Made by a program: the position numbers and the translations under genes. A stretch of DNA of 64,000 nucleotides from Octopus bimaculoides (lineage: Eukaryota): assembly GCF_001194135.2 (NCBI RefSeq), contig NC_068999.1, positions 18,530,726 to 18,594,725 of the forward strand. The letters are read 5' to 3'. Positions 9,945-23,269 of the stretch are shown here, piece after piece (position 1 is the first letter of the stretch; each line of letters starts with the position of its first letter). The notes under the pieces were generated by a model. That model was not told the origin of the DNA. It saw only the letters and a program-made list of their open reading frames with translations, and did not search any database.

Positions 9945-12900
9945 TGGTGTTGCTGTTGTTAATAGTGTAGTTGTTTTTGCTGTTGCTGTTGGAATGTTGT
10001 TTTTGGTGATGGGGATGATGGTATTAATAGCAACAGTCGTAGTAGTAGCTCTGATGTTAGCACCAGTTTTAACATTTATAGTAGTAAAAGAGTGCTCATA
10101 AACTGTCAAGGCGTATCTTGTGACTTATACTACTCTCCTATTTAGTTTCAGTAATGTTTTCGCCCCATTTCCCTTTATATTGATGCGTTCGGTGTGCCTG
10201 AATTTTGCCTGGTGATTATAAATCTTTTTCTTCAAGACATTCATTGATAGAAATGTTTTTTTTTTCATCGCTGTGACTTGCGATTCATGCACCTCAAATC
10301 ATAATGAAGTTAGCACACTTCTATATTTTCACATGGAAATATATGTCAATTGTATTAGAGGACATTATCGCACACAATGGGAAAACTATAAACCGAAACA
10401 ATAACTTTTAGTAAACCAATATGTGACCGTTTGCTCTTCTTTATAATACAACCAATATAATCTGAATGTTTGAATAAGAGAATTGAAATAAAAATAGCCG
10501 GGACAGGGCAGGAGTTATAATCTATTGAATTAAAGTGGCTTGCAATGAAGGGAAAATTACAACCGAATACATCTTCATTCTGCTCTTGCGAGTAGCAATT
10601 TAATGCAAATTATCCAAATATTGACGAGTAAATTTCATCTAAGACAGCCAAGCAATGCACTTTTCTCGTTATATGAAAATAAACTTGTGTTTTATATATA
10701 ACACTACTTGTAACACCATAACGTCTCCCTTAGGTTCTTCTCAGTCTTTTGTACTCCGTGTACATTTGGTCTGTCAGTATTTAAATATCTATATGTATAC
10801 TCCAATATCCATTGTCCGAACATTTTCGGTTTTTCTTTTCTCTTTGTATGTATACATGTATATATCTTTTGTATATGAAAACCAAGCAGTTTTATTTGTT
10901 TTTCCCATAACTATCTCGACTTCCCCCTCTCTCTCTCACACACACTCTCTCTTTCTAAGTGTTCCTCTCTATATATTTCTCTCTCATTCACCCACCTCTC
11001 TCACTCTGGATGAATTATCCAGGCAGCTACCGTAATAGCTTTCAGGTGTATTACAAGTACCGACTAACCACATTAAATATTAAGATCAGTAAAACCGTTT
11101 TTGCTTCGCTAGATTATGAAGATATTATCATATCGCAGGGTTGGAAGGAAAAATTAAAAATACATATAAGAACCATCTTTCGAATTTTAGGTACCGTGAT
11201 AAAAAACATTCAATACAATTTTCGTCTTTAGTTGGACACTTAAACACGAAGTGGCCAGTTTGGACATCAAATGAAAAATCATCTCCAAAGCCCGGTTCTA
11301 CATGAACAGGTCTAAATACATATTCAGGGTATTCTTTAGGAAAATTGTATTTTTGGAAAAATTTGAGAACACCCAACGCATTTATAAATTCGAGGAACGA
11401 GATTTTCTGCATCTCCCCATTTCAAGAAATATATCTTGTCGGAATTTGAAAGTAGACCACCGTACACATAATAAACAAATAACAACTGGTTTACATCTGC
11501 TTCATATTGAATGATTGTAAGGTTGGTTATCTCCTTTTGTGTGTTTCACTCCGTCTTCTTCTTGATGAACGCCTCTTGTTTAAATGTAATCTGCTCAAAA
11601 ACAACTGATCAACAGTCTTGTTTTCGGCTGCGAAAATGGAGAAATAAATCACTATGTTGAGCAGGAAACCCTGCTCTTGCTTAATAATTTCCCAATTATC
11701 GTTCCTCTCTGAGACGAGCGAGTTATTTTCTTCTTTTATAAGCATTATGGAATAATATACATATGTATATTANNNNNNNNNNNNNNNNNNNNNNNNNNNN
11801 NNNNNNNNNNNNNNNNNNNNNNNNNNNNNNNNNNNNNNNNNNNNNNNNNNNNNNNNNNNNNTATATATATATATATATATATATATACAGATATGAATGT
11901 ATGTGAGTGTGTATGTACCTACATATATATATATGTCTGATATCCACATGTATGTGTTTATATGCATTCAAGATCTACTTACACATATTTTGTTAGAGAC
12001 AAAATATAAGTTATCCTCGAAATGTGACTGGGTAAACGTGCCTCTCTAATAATATTTGATTCCAACAAGCAGTTATCTATTCATTTTTATGATGATGTAA
12101 TTACAAGTAATTATTTATTCGAACACAGGCAACATATACTTGTATTAAAGATTCTATCTCTAAGTCAAAATGTTAGAGTTCATCTTGATATTTAGTACAA
12201 AAGAAGCATAATGTATCCTTTTGCTATAAATATCTATACATATGCAGGAAATAATTCCGGAGGCAAAAGTATCTATATAACCATTGAAATTCCAAATTGT
12301 TAGGTATTATTTCATAATATTAATCGTGAATCAAATTTGTCCTTCAACAAATAATCTTTACTCATACATTTAATTCTTTCAACGCTTTTAAATACTTTTC
12401 TTTCATTGTGATTAATTTTCTAGCGAAAATAAGTTAGGTATATTATTGCTTTTAAATTATATATAACGTCATCCCGCCTATAATGACAGGGAGCAATAAG
12501 ACAATTTATACTAAGCAGAAATATGTAAATAAGTGAGTGCAATGCATGAAAAGCTTAAACAATATTCTAACATGTCTTTGTTAGAGCACAGAGATTATAG
12601 AGCGTGTGCGATAACAAATAGAATGTCAGCAAATACAAAATACATGTTAGGAAGTGTGTATGGAAATTACCACCATCAATGCATAGACAAGCATTTAAAT
12701 GGTTTTAAAATTACAAATTCTATGAACAAAGATAAGTTTTAATGCAGCGTTTAATCACGTTATCTTTGAGAATGGGAAACTGTGATGGAACTTCTTTAAA
12801 GTATATCTTGTGATGTTGAATAATAATATGCTTATGCGTAAATTTGATGAAATTAACACTGACACTAAGTAGACGCCTTAGCTATTGAAAAACATCCTGC

Positions 12901-13149
12901 ATGTAGGTAGACTTGTGTTTCCTCTTCATAGCAATGAAACAAAAATCGTTCGCTTATAAATATATCGTTATAATTTAATTATAAGTGATTATAAATCACG
13001 CAAACATTTTATTCCGTGTGATGTCGGACATAACTAAATCTATGTATTTTAAGCAGATTATTGTATTATGTGTATTTATTATCCTTAACAACAAAACTGG
13101 ATGTTCGACCTAAGCCCTACTTAATTTATGCACTAAATTTCTTAACCGA

Positions 13150-13217
<68 letters not shown>
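13150..13217. repeat. (ATT)n microsatellite
   Basis: Direct reading of the sequence. Confidence 0.95.
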
Positions 13218-13220
<3 letters not shown>

Positions 13221-13360
13221 TGTTATTTTGGTTTGGCACAGGTTCGGTTTATTGCTGGTAGGAATTATGTGGATAGCNNNNNNNNNNNNNNNNNNNNNNN
13301 NNNNNNNNNNNNNNNNNNNNNNNNNNNNNNNNNNNNNNNNNNNNNNNNNNNNNNNNNNNN

Positions 13361-13443
<83 letters not shown>

Positions 13444-13908
13444 ATTAAATGAATAATAAATTATACATAAGTAAACCACATGTTACCCTACGCCAAGCAA
13501 TCCGTACTATATTATGTCCTGATTTTTTATTCAATACCTTTTTTTTTTTTAAATGTCTCGACAATTGATATCATGTTCACCAATATTTGAAAAGAAAACA
13601 GAACAAAATTGAGTTTAACTGTCCGGAAATTGACATTAGTTGAGCAATTATTTATCTTATCTTTGTAACATAGCATATCTTTAGATCTAAATTTACACAG
13701 ATAATGCTCATACAGTTATTTGGCGATTCAGTAGCTGTGAGACATATTTACAAATTAATCTAAAATATCATTTTAATATGCTAAATAAAAACGTTTATTC
13801 ATTTTATTAGACTAGCACTTTCTTCAACTGATATCGACCGGAACTTCATATTGACAAGTCCAATGTTGACAGAGCGCACCTAAAGCACAGGTCACATTGT
13901 CATCGAAA

Positions 13909-14122
13909 GATGTTGGGCTGGCAGAAACGTTAGCACACTAGGTGAAACGCTTCGTGGTATTTCGTCTGTCTTTACGTTTTGAGTTCAACTTGCGTCGATG
14001 TCGATTTTATTGATTTTCCTTTCGGGGTCGATAAATTGAGTAGAAGTTGGGTACCGGGGTCGTTCTAATCGAGTGACCTCTTCCCCACAAATTTCTGGCC
14101 TTGTACCTTGAGTAGAAAGAAT
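13909..14122 (+). mobile_element. tRNA-derived SINE (octopus OR/OK-like, CORE-like centre)
   Basis: GCTGGCAGAAACGTTAGCAC head, TTTGAGTTCAA B-box-like segment and CCTTTCGGGGTCGATAAATT central block, shared with the copies at 17617 and 35641. Confidence 0.85.
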
Positions 14123-15337
14123 ATTTTGTCTTCGAAATTTTCCAAATCATGGTTACCTTTTCACTGCTAACAGTACTTGTTAATCGAGACAATTTCCCGG
14201 CATTCGTATGCCATGATTGTATTCTACTTTATTCCATATAAAATATATAATACACAGATACATGTACCATCAATATGAAGCTTGTTAAATGGCAAAATCT
14301 ACTTAAAAGCCCATTTGCTCTCTGCATTTTTAGAAGCTGCTTTCCTTTCCATTTATCATTTTCATTTTGTGTATGGAAATATGAGATCGCAATGCCTGCG
14401 ATCCCGTCATTTCTTTGCAAAGACACGGGAGTGATCTGGACATATTTATGGCTAAACACGAATTTAAATTTTATATAAATAGGCAAGGAAATTTGCGTTA
14501 CAAATTCGTATACTTCGACATTTTCGCAGATTTGTACGCAATTAAAATACCATTTTAGAATCAATACGCTTGCATATACTTTATTTACCGACTTGTGGAT
14601 ATATTTATACTTCACATAATTTCCAAATAATTGCCGGATATAAATGAGATTTCCAACACGTAACCTTTCTATTGAATTAAAGTTCGGAATATTATTCCCA
14701 AAACTTCAGACTAAAAATATATTTTCCTATTATCAATGAATAGGCTAAGAGAAGAAAAAACAAAAACAAAAATGTCATACTTCACAAATTATAGTTTTTC
14801 ACTGATTAATATTGAATGAATACACGAGAATTTTCAGTCAAGCAACCGATCGTCTCTCGATGATTTATTCCCCACCACTATTTAAGCTTAAATATTTACA
14901 CGGCTGAAAGGTTGTGAATGCATCATGTAGCAGTGTTTTATGAGATGATGAGTTTATGTAACACCAAGCAAATATTTCTACCTCATTAAAATCTGTAATT
15001 TAGTAATGGATTATAATCAATGGATCCGTTGAAGCGTATTTCAATATGACATGGATAAAACTTTTCTTTCCATACGCTCGTTTCCTTCTGCATTAAAATG
15101 GACACGAATATGTTGTCATTAACATTGAAATACGGTGGTAAATATAACTATATTTTACATTTCTTTATACAGATATGTATTCATCTGTATATTTTAAAAA
15201 TCCATCTCCTTTTCATTGTTTTTCTATCTCCCTTCCTCTTTCACTCTCTTTCTTTCCCTCCTTCGTTGCCTCTCTCTCACGTTCTCTTTGGCACAGTATA
15301 TATATATAATGCGTGTGTGTATGTGTGTGTATATGTA

Positions 15338-15385
<48 letters not shown>

Positions 15386-15742
15386 ATATGTATGTATATA
15401 TATATAGTATATACGTGTATATATGTAATGTATAAACATATTTATATATNNNNNNNNNNNNNNNNNNNNNNNNNNNNNNNNNNNNNNNNNNNNNNNNNNN
15501 NNNNNNNNNNNNNNNNNNNNNNNNNNNNNNNNNNNNNNNNNNNNNNNNNNNNNNNNNNNNNNNNNNNNNCTTACATATACACGCACATACACACGCACCC
15601 CCTATATATACACACACATGGTAGAAGTAAATAGATACCCATGAAACATCGTTTTCTGTTTATTCTAACTTGTAATGGTTTATATTCCTTATTAATTAAC
15701 ATTTTTGTGTTTAAAATCTATATGTGACTGTTTAATCACGCT

Positions 15743-16195
15743 ATGTACAAAAGAATCCTTGGAACTGTCTGAATTTCAAAGAGGCCGTATTGCGGATTAT
15801 TCTGAAGGTGAATATAGTCAGCAGAGAACCTTGGGATCCAGCTTTCTACAGTTTATAGCGTGATCATACAATACACAAGAGAGGAGGAGAAGGAGTCCAC
15901 ATCACCTTGTCCAGGTCAACCAGGGCCCTCTCACAGGACTCTTTTCTTTGCTAAGAGAAGTGAGGGGGATTAATCCTGGTTGCAAGACATCTGACATAGC
16001 AGAGCAAGTTGATGTCAGTCCCAGGACAACTGTCAGGTATCTCCAAAGACTTGGTTACTAAGGCCGAGCCGGACGAAGGAAGCCACATCTTTGACCAGCC
16101 AACATGAAACGGAAAGAAAAGATTGGGCTAGTGAGATGGTGGAGAGGACATTAGCATTTTGGGACAGATTTGCTCTATTTCCTAACTGGTCGAGT
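15743..16195 (+). mobile_element. Tc1-family transposase N-terminal remnant
   Basis: ELSEFQRGRI...STSPCPGQPGPS...DIAEQVDVSPRTTVRYL..LGY.GRAGRRKP...RKDWASEMVERTLAFWDR: paired/HTH region with a GRP-like linker, ending just before the first catalytic D. Frameshifted. Confidence 0.85.
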
Positions 16196-16294
16196 GTGTG
16201 TCTGGAGATAGATAGATGTGTGTGTGTGTGTGTGAGAGAGAGAGTGAGAGAGAGAGTGAGAGAGTGTGTGTTTATGTGTATGTGTCTGCGTATG

Positions 16295-16462
16295 TGTGTC
16301 TGTGTTTGTCCACCACCATCGTATGACAACCGATGTTAGTGTTTTCATGTCCCCATAACTTAGCGTTTCGGCAAAGTGACCGATAGAATAATTCTTGGGA
16401 TTGATTTCTTCGACTAAATGTGATGTTCCAGCATGTTCGTATGGAAATGAATGAAACAAGGA
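16295..16462 (+). mobile_element. SINE 3' half
   Basis: GTCCCCATAACTTAGCGTTTCGGCAAAGTGACCGATAGAATAA matches GTCCCCGTAGGTTAGCCGTTCGGCAAAAATAGACCGATAGAATAA at ~40966-41010. Confidence 0.75.
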
Positions 16463-16865
16463 GAGAAATAAAAGAATATATAACCAAATGTCCCATTCAC
16501 CAGCAATCATGAATAATTGTACCACGTGATAGTTGGGTAATAAAGTTATCTTCTGAATTTACCTTGCCTGTTTTTATGCGTGTATGTGTATGTGGAGATG
16601 GTAGAGTTTTTGTTATGATGTAAGATATGCATGCGTCGATAAAATATAACCGACACAATGCTAGGTAAATCTTAAACTCCACTATTGTTCTCTTTCATAC
16701 GATATCTTTGTGTTTGTGTTTGCTAAGCGTGTGAATGTGCGTTTGTATGAGTGAGTATTTGTTTGTATGTGTGTGGTTATCTAGGTATTGCTATGAATCG
16801 TATAATAAAAACGAATGCAGAAATGCTGAGATAATCGAACCGAATTTTTGCTGCACATACATGTG

Positions 16866-16906
<41 letters not shown>

Positions 16907-17578
16907 NNNNNNNNNNNNNNNNNNNNNNNNNNNNNNNNNNNNNNNNNNNNNNNNNNNNNNNNNNNTATATATATACAATGGTATATTACACAATTTTCGA
17001 ACTTCCTTCGGATAATTTACACGGATATTTATTTAAATATATAACGACTAATGAATCACAGTAATTGATATGGTAGTAGCTGAGATTAAAGTTTTACAAA
17101 GTATTGATCGAGATAATTTCAATACTACGATTAAATAGTTATATAACAGTTTAAATAACCATTGATACTTTACCCATTGTACAGTATTACACTTCGTAGG
17201 CGTCACTAAATTATGTATGACACATTGTTCATAATATGTGTAATTTATAAAATTTGTGTGAAATTTGCTGTTATTTTGTTAACTTGAGAATAACTATTAA
17301 AAATGAATGTTAATCGAAAATTGGTGTAACATCATTTATCTTTTACTTATTTCAATCATTTTACTGTGGCAATTCTGGGACACCGCCTTGCAGGGTGTCA
17401 GTGGAATAAATTCCCTAAATCTATTTAAAATCTACTACATATTCTTTCGATTCTTTTTGCGAAAACGCTATGTTGCAGGAATGGATACGCACACACATAC
17501 ACACATACACACGCGCATACATACACACGCGCAATATATATATACACACACGCACACAGACACACACACTCACACACA

Positions 17579-17616
<38 letters not shown>

Positions 17617-17693
17617 AGGCGGTGAGCTGGCAGAAACGTTAGCACGCCGGGCGAAATGCTTAGCGGTATTTCGTCTGTCTTTACATTCTGAGT
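17617..17693 (+). mobile_element. SINE 5' part, truncated by an N gap
   Basis: AGGCGGTGAGCTGGCAGAAACGTTAGCACGCCGGGCGAAATGCTTAGC, nearly identical to the reverse complement of 35815-35861. Confidence 0.9.
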
Positions 17694-19865
17694 NNNNNNN
17701 NNNNNNNNNNNNNNNNNNNNNNNNNNNNNNNNNNNNNNNNNNNNNNNNNNNNNNNNNNNNNNNNNNNNNNNNNNNNNNNNNNNNNNNNNNNNNNNNNNNN
17801 NNNNNNNNNNNNNNNNNNNNNNNNNNNNNNNNNNNNNNNNNNNNNNNNNNNNNNNNNNNNNNNNNNNNNNNNNNNNNNNNNNNNNNNNNNNNNNNNNNNN
17901 NNNNNTATATATATACAACAACGGATATTAAATGTCTTTTCGTATTAACTGTCTTTTCTTTCCTTATTCGTATCAAAATATAACCGAACTTTCGAAATGG
18001 ATAATGAAATATCAAAGCTATTCGCTAATCTTCTTTTCGGAAGCATACATTTCCAAATAGAAACAATGGTATATTTATTAAACACTATATTAAAAAATTA
18101 TCGAGTATTTCTAAACGACTGTGAACTTAAATATGATGAATTCCATAACTTCTACAAGCAAAACAAAATATGACATGGAGTTTTATATTTCTGTATATAA
18201 TGAAACGAGAATGTTAAACGTATAAAATTCATTATGCTGAAAACTGCTTCGCTTTTGCCGCAATATAAACGAAAAATATAAACTGAACAAAAATCATATT
18301 AAATAATTAAATGGATACCATGAGAATCATATTATAAAATGAGTTCATTAAGAAACAAGACTAAGAATGATTTGAGCACAAATATCACCACAGTAAAATA
18401 AAGTTGTAATATTTTTTTTAACGTATTTGGATATGAAAATTGAACTTTCAACAATCCAATTCAGATCGGGAAACTGAAACATTTGAAGTAAAATTTTACT
18501 CAATTAGATTTTATAATTGGATGTCAAAATACGTTATGTTAAATCATGCGTTTAAAAAGATTTTGTCGTAGCACACGACGATGATTATGTTAACAATGAA
18601 ATCATTTACAGATTTTGCTTAACTACTTTTTATTTACGTTAACCAAGCAGGAAACCGTTAATGTAATTGCATTATCAGTTGTTCGATTCCTCGTTCAATA
18701 AATCAGACAGATAGGATTGTGAATTTATTCTCGTCGCTATTCGCGACGTTATCATTGACATGGCCTCTCTATTCAATGTCTGTTGTTTACGAATTATATA
18801 TCTATTCAGTTCATAAATTCAATATAAAATACTCTGCGCTGTGAATCTATAAGCAACAGATGTATATTTGCATAAAACTCTCACCCTATCACATTCAACA
18901 TTATATTCTCAAACTGGAATTTAATTACCATAGATAAATGCAACGTTTCCTAGAGTCACAATCGATGTTGGCCTACATGTGTCGAGTAAAATATCACAAA
19001 TTTACTTTAATTTCATTCCTAATGAAAATAAATAGTACCCAAGTGAGTGAGCTAAAAATTATTTTGAGTAACACATGAAAGAAATATCAGAGAGAAAGAG
19101 ATCGACAGTAAATATTCGATTTTGGGATATGAACATATATATGTATATGTTCATATCCCATATATGTTCACACATATATGTTCACAGCATATATGTGTAT
19201 ATATATANNNNNNNNNNNNNNNNNNNNNNNNNNNNNNNNNNNNNNNNNNNNNNNNNNNNNNNNNNNNNNNNNNNNNNNNNNNNNNNNNNNNNNNNNNNNN
19301 NNNNNNNNNNNNNNNNNNNNNNNNNNNNNNNNNNNNNNNNNNNNNNNNNNNNNNNNNNNNNNNNNNNNNNNNNNNNNNNNNNNNNNNNNNNNNNNNNNNN
19401 NNNNNNNNNNNNNNNNNNNNNNNNNNNNNNNNNNNNNNNNNNNNNNNNNNNNNNNNNNNNNNNNNNNNNNNNNNNNNNNNNNNNNNNNNNNNNNNNNNNN
19501 NNNNNNNNNNNNNNNNNNNNNNNNNNNNNNNNNNNNNNNNNNNNNNNNNNNNNNNNNNNNNNNNNNNNNNNNNNNNNNNNNNNNNNNNNNNNNNNNNNNN
19601 NNNNNNNNNNNNNNNNNNNNNNNNNNNNNNNNNNNNNNNNNNNNNNNNNNNNNNNNNNNNNNNNNNNNNNNNNNNNNNNNNNNNNNNNNNNNNNNNNNNN
19701 NNNNNNNNNNNNNNNNNNNNNNNNNNNNNNNNNNNNNNNNNNNNNNNNNNNTATATATACACATACATACATATATGTGTGTATGTGTGTGTTTGTGTGC
19801 TTGTTTCTGTGTATGTATGTGTGTGCGGGCGTGTGTGTGTATGTATGTGTATTTGTGATTGTGTG

Positions 19866-19910
<45 letters not shown>

Positions 19911-21187
19911 GAGCATATACATATATACAGATGCATATTCTTGTGTACGTGTACGCACATACCCACAACATACACACACATATAGGTATGCATCTTTATC
20001 TATGTATATATAGATGTGTGCGGGGATATGTATAGCCGTATGGGTGTGCATACACATATAAATACACAGGGGATTTGAGAGGAAGACTTGCTTATAAATC
20101 AAAACTGAGTCGCAATCTCAATACCATGAATGGGTAGACGAAGACAAGAGTAATATTATTGTAAAATGGAATATATAAGTGCAGATGTGAGATAGTAGTT
20201 TGAAAATTTATGTATAATATTATGATAATGTCGTAGACAATAAGTATAGAGAACATACATCTATAATGTAAATATAACTCTCCCTGTCTTTCTCACCCTT
20301 TCTCTATCTCTCCCACACTGTCTCTGTGTATGTAGTTATCTTTCTATTTATCTATTCTGTATATGTATATATGTATATATATATATATATATNNNNNNNN
20401 NNNNNNNNNNNNNNNNNNNNNNNNNNNNNNNNNNNNNNNNNNNNNNNNNNNNNNNNNNNNNNNNNNNNNNNNNNNNNNNNNNNNNNNNNNNNNNNNNNNN
20501 NNNNNNNNNNNNNNNNNNNNNNNNNNNNNNNNNNNNNNNNNNNNNNNNNNNNNNNNNNNNNNNNNNNNNNNNNNNNNNNNNNNNNNNNNNNNNNNNNNNN
20601 NNNNNNNNNNNNNNNNNNNNNNNNNNNNNNNNNNNNNNNNNNNNNNNNNNNNNNNNNNNNNNNNNNNNNNNNNNNNNNNNNNNNNNNNNNNNNNNNNNNN
20701 NNNNNNNNNNNNNNNNNNNNNNNNNNNNNNNNNNNNNNNNNNNNNNNNNNNNNNNNNNNNNNNNNNNNNNNNNNNNNNNNNNNNNNNNNNNNNNNNNNNN
20801 NNNNNNNNNNNNNNNNNNNNNNNNNNNNNNNNNNNNNNNNNNNNNNNNNNNNNNNNNNNNNNNNNNNNNNNNNNNNNNNNNNNNNNNNNNNNNNNNNNNN
20901 NNNNNNNNNNNNNNNNNNNNNNNNNNNNNNNNNNNNNNNNNNNNNNNNNNNNNNNNNNNNNNNNNNNNNNNNNNNNNNNNNNNNNNNNNNNNNNNNNNNN
21001 NNNNNNNNNNNNNNNNNNNNNNNNNNNNNNNNNNNNNNNNNNNNNNNNNNNNNNNNNNNNNNNNNNNNNNNNNNNNNNNNNNNNNNNNNNNNNNNNNNNN
21101 NNNNNNNNNNNNNNNNNNNNNNNNNNNNNNNNNNNNNNNNNNNNNNNNNNNNNNNNNNNNNNNNNNNNNNNNNNNNNNNNNNNNNNA

Positions 21188-21188
<1 letters not shown>

Positions 21189-21260
<72 letters not shown>

Positions 21261-21400
21261 CATTATTATTATTATTATTATTATTATCATTATTATTATT
21301 ATCATTGTCTGACTTCCTTTCATTATTGTTTACATTTCTTGCCGAGCGTCTTCCCGACATATAGGCAAAGGAACTTACTGTATACATTGCTACGCCATGA
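21189..21400 (-). mobile_element. (TAA)n tract with an adjoining LINE-like 3' UTR fragment
   Basis: Minus strand AAATGTAAACAA...AAGTCAGACAATGATAAT resembles the tail at 38637-38680 (AAATGCAAAACAAAAGTCAAACATAAAATAAT). Confidence 0.4.
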
Positions 21401-21889
21401 AAATAAACATATAAGATTGTTCATTTAGGAAGTTCACTTAAAGATAGAACAAAGGAGAAAAAATAAAACGAGAAAGAAATTCAAAGGCAGAAAGTAAAGA
21501 GAGAAGAAATAAAATTTCAAACGAAAATGATAAAGAACAACAGAGAAAACTTCACGAATTCAATCTAGAATTAACTTCCTTGATACACTGTCAACTCTCG
21601 TATTTGACCGGGTAGTAAGTTCCATCAAGCGTAATAAGGTAATTGTTTTGTCTGTTATCTTGTGCACTTGTGACAACTGTAATTATTTTTTATTGAAATC
21701 ATCCACAGTATTCATATTTCTCTAGCCCAAACCTGGTATTTCTTATATTCTCTTGTTTCACCTCTACGTTTATGTCCGCGGATATAGACGAACATCAACA
21801 AAACAAACAGAGAAAATCGCGAAAAGTATAAACGCGAAATAAGTAATGAAAAAGAGGAATGTGTTATGCTCATAAGTTCTTGTAGTCTC

Positions 21890-23249
21890 TTGGCACAGAA
21901 GGAATACCGATGCTGACACTACATTGAAGACTACGGTGTCATGTGTTCATTCCCCGTAAACGAAGGTAACACCCCTTATTTTTCGAGCAGTGCCAAGCCG
22001 TGCTGTTCACTGCAAGTGCTCCACCCTTATTGCAGCACGTTTTTTCTACGTACTTCTCAAGATTTTTATTCACTGTTCTCAGGGCTCCGACAATTATTTG
22101 TACTACCATTTTTTCCCAGGACCACAACTGCTTAACCTCCAAAGTTAACCAGTATATCTGTCGACTTTTCTTTCTTCTTTATCGCATATATTGTTGTCAG
22201 CTGGGCATGCATCGTTTGTTTTTTTCTTAATTAAGACTAGGTCTGATACCATATCTTTTTCATGGTCGCACTGAATCACAAAATACGATCGTATCAATGC
22301 GTTATCATTTTCGATGATAGCTTCGGTTTTAAGTCCGTACCACGTTTTTGCTATGTCTAGTGTATACTTGTTGCAAACCGTTCAATGGGCAATCTTTGCT
22401 ATATTGTCATAACGTCTCTTACATTCTTTCTGTGCTAGTGGCGTACATTCACTGGTAATACACCATACGGTTTCACAATATTGTCCAAAATTCTGCACTT
22501 ACCTGTTTATGATGTGCTGTCTGTTCTGTAATTGATGTAACTGATTCTTAAGGCTTGCTCGTGGGCAGCATAACTTTGAGCCTCCGTTTCCAGTTTTAAA
22601 TGACTTTTAGTATTTAATGGCTATCTTCTCTCTTTTATCTTCAACATCCCTATGAAACTGTCCATGCATTATTTTCTTTATCCAACTACTATTTTCAGTT
22701 TCATTCATTCTCAAGTGCTTTATCTTTGCAATCATCCATCATACACAAGCCTGACTTTCTTACTTCCAATAACAGCAGTTCAGTGGCGTTTTTACATACC
22801 ATGCTCTGTTGTTTTCTTCTGCTGTCATGCTGTGTTCGCAACCAATCAGTCCTCTTCCCTTTCATATTCTTGGTGGATACAGTCTCTCTATGTCACGTTT
22901 TGGATGGAGTATCCAATATCTAGTCAGTAACGCAGTTGTCTTTTTGTCTGAGCTGAATAATTCCTCTACTGTCTATGCAATTGCCACTGCTCAATATCTA
23001 AGGAGTGGACTCAGAAAGTGTGGTGTGTTAGCCTTGAATAGAGGGAAAATCAAATGTTTGGATGAGCTATCATTACCGTCGGAGTAGGCTATGAAGCAGA
23101 TAGAACAGACTGGCTATGAGTAGTGGGGGATATTGGAAAAGGATAAATTGATGTAGAAAGAAATGACAGAAAAATTTGAGGCGGAGTACTTGCGAAGACT
23201 GCGACTGGTCCTTAAGTCGAAATTAAAGGTACGGAATATGATTGAAGCT
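21890..23249 (-). mobile_element. R4/Dong-clade LINE remnant with a 5'-inverted segment (~23003-23249 on +)
   Basis: Minus: PLLRY...HPKRDIERLY...GRGLIGCE...ETEAQSYAAHEQAL...ETVWCITSECTPLAQKECKRRYDN...EVKQLWS...IIVGALRTVNKNLEKY. Plus 23007-23249: GLRKCGVL...EYLRRLRLVLKSKLKVRNMIEA, the R4 segment that normally lies immediately upstream of (INTWAV)PLLRY. Confidence 0.88.
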
Positions 23250-23269
23250 TGGTATTGTAAAAATATGGT

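Noticed and set aside
9720-10109. Thr-rich, mucin-like ORF
   Set aside because: Translation of (TAG)n and related microsatellites; no splice or homology support.
11340-11400. YKCVGCSQIF as a C2H2 finger or TnpB/Fanzor zinc ribbon
   Set aside because: No His pair follows and no RuvC motifs occur nearby; the frame ends in a stop.
19075-21387. Long ORFs of 200-400 aa in the track (also at 25 kb, 30-32.6 kb, 39 kb, 42 kb, 46 kb and 61.6-62.6 kb)
   Set aside because: They are made of N runs and (TA)n/(CA)n/(ATT)n translations (IYIY, HTHT, poly-I/L/N), not genes.
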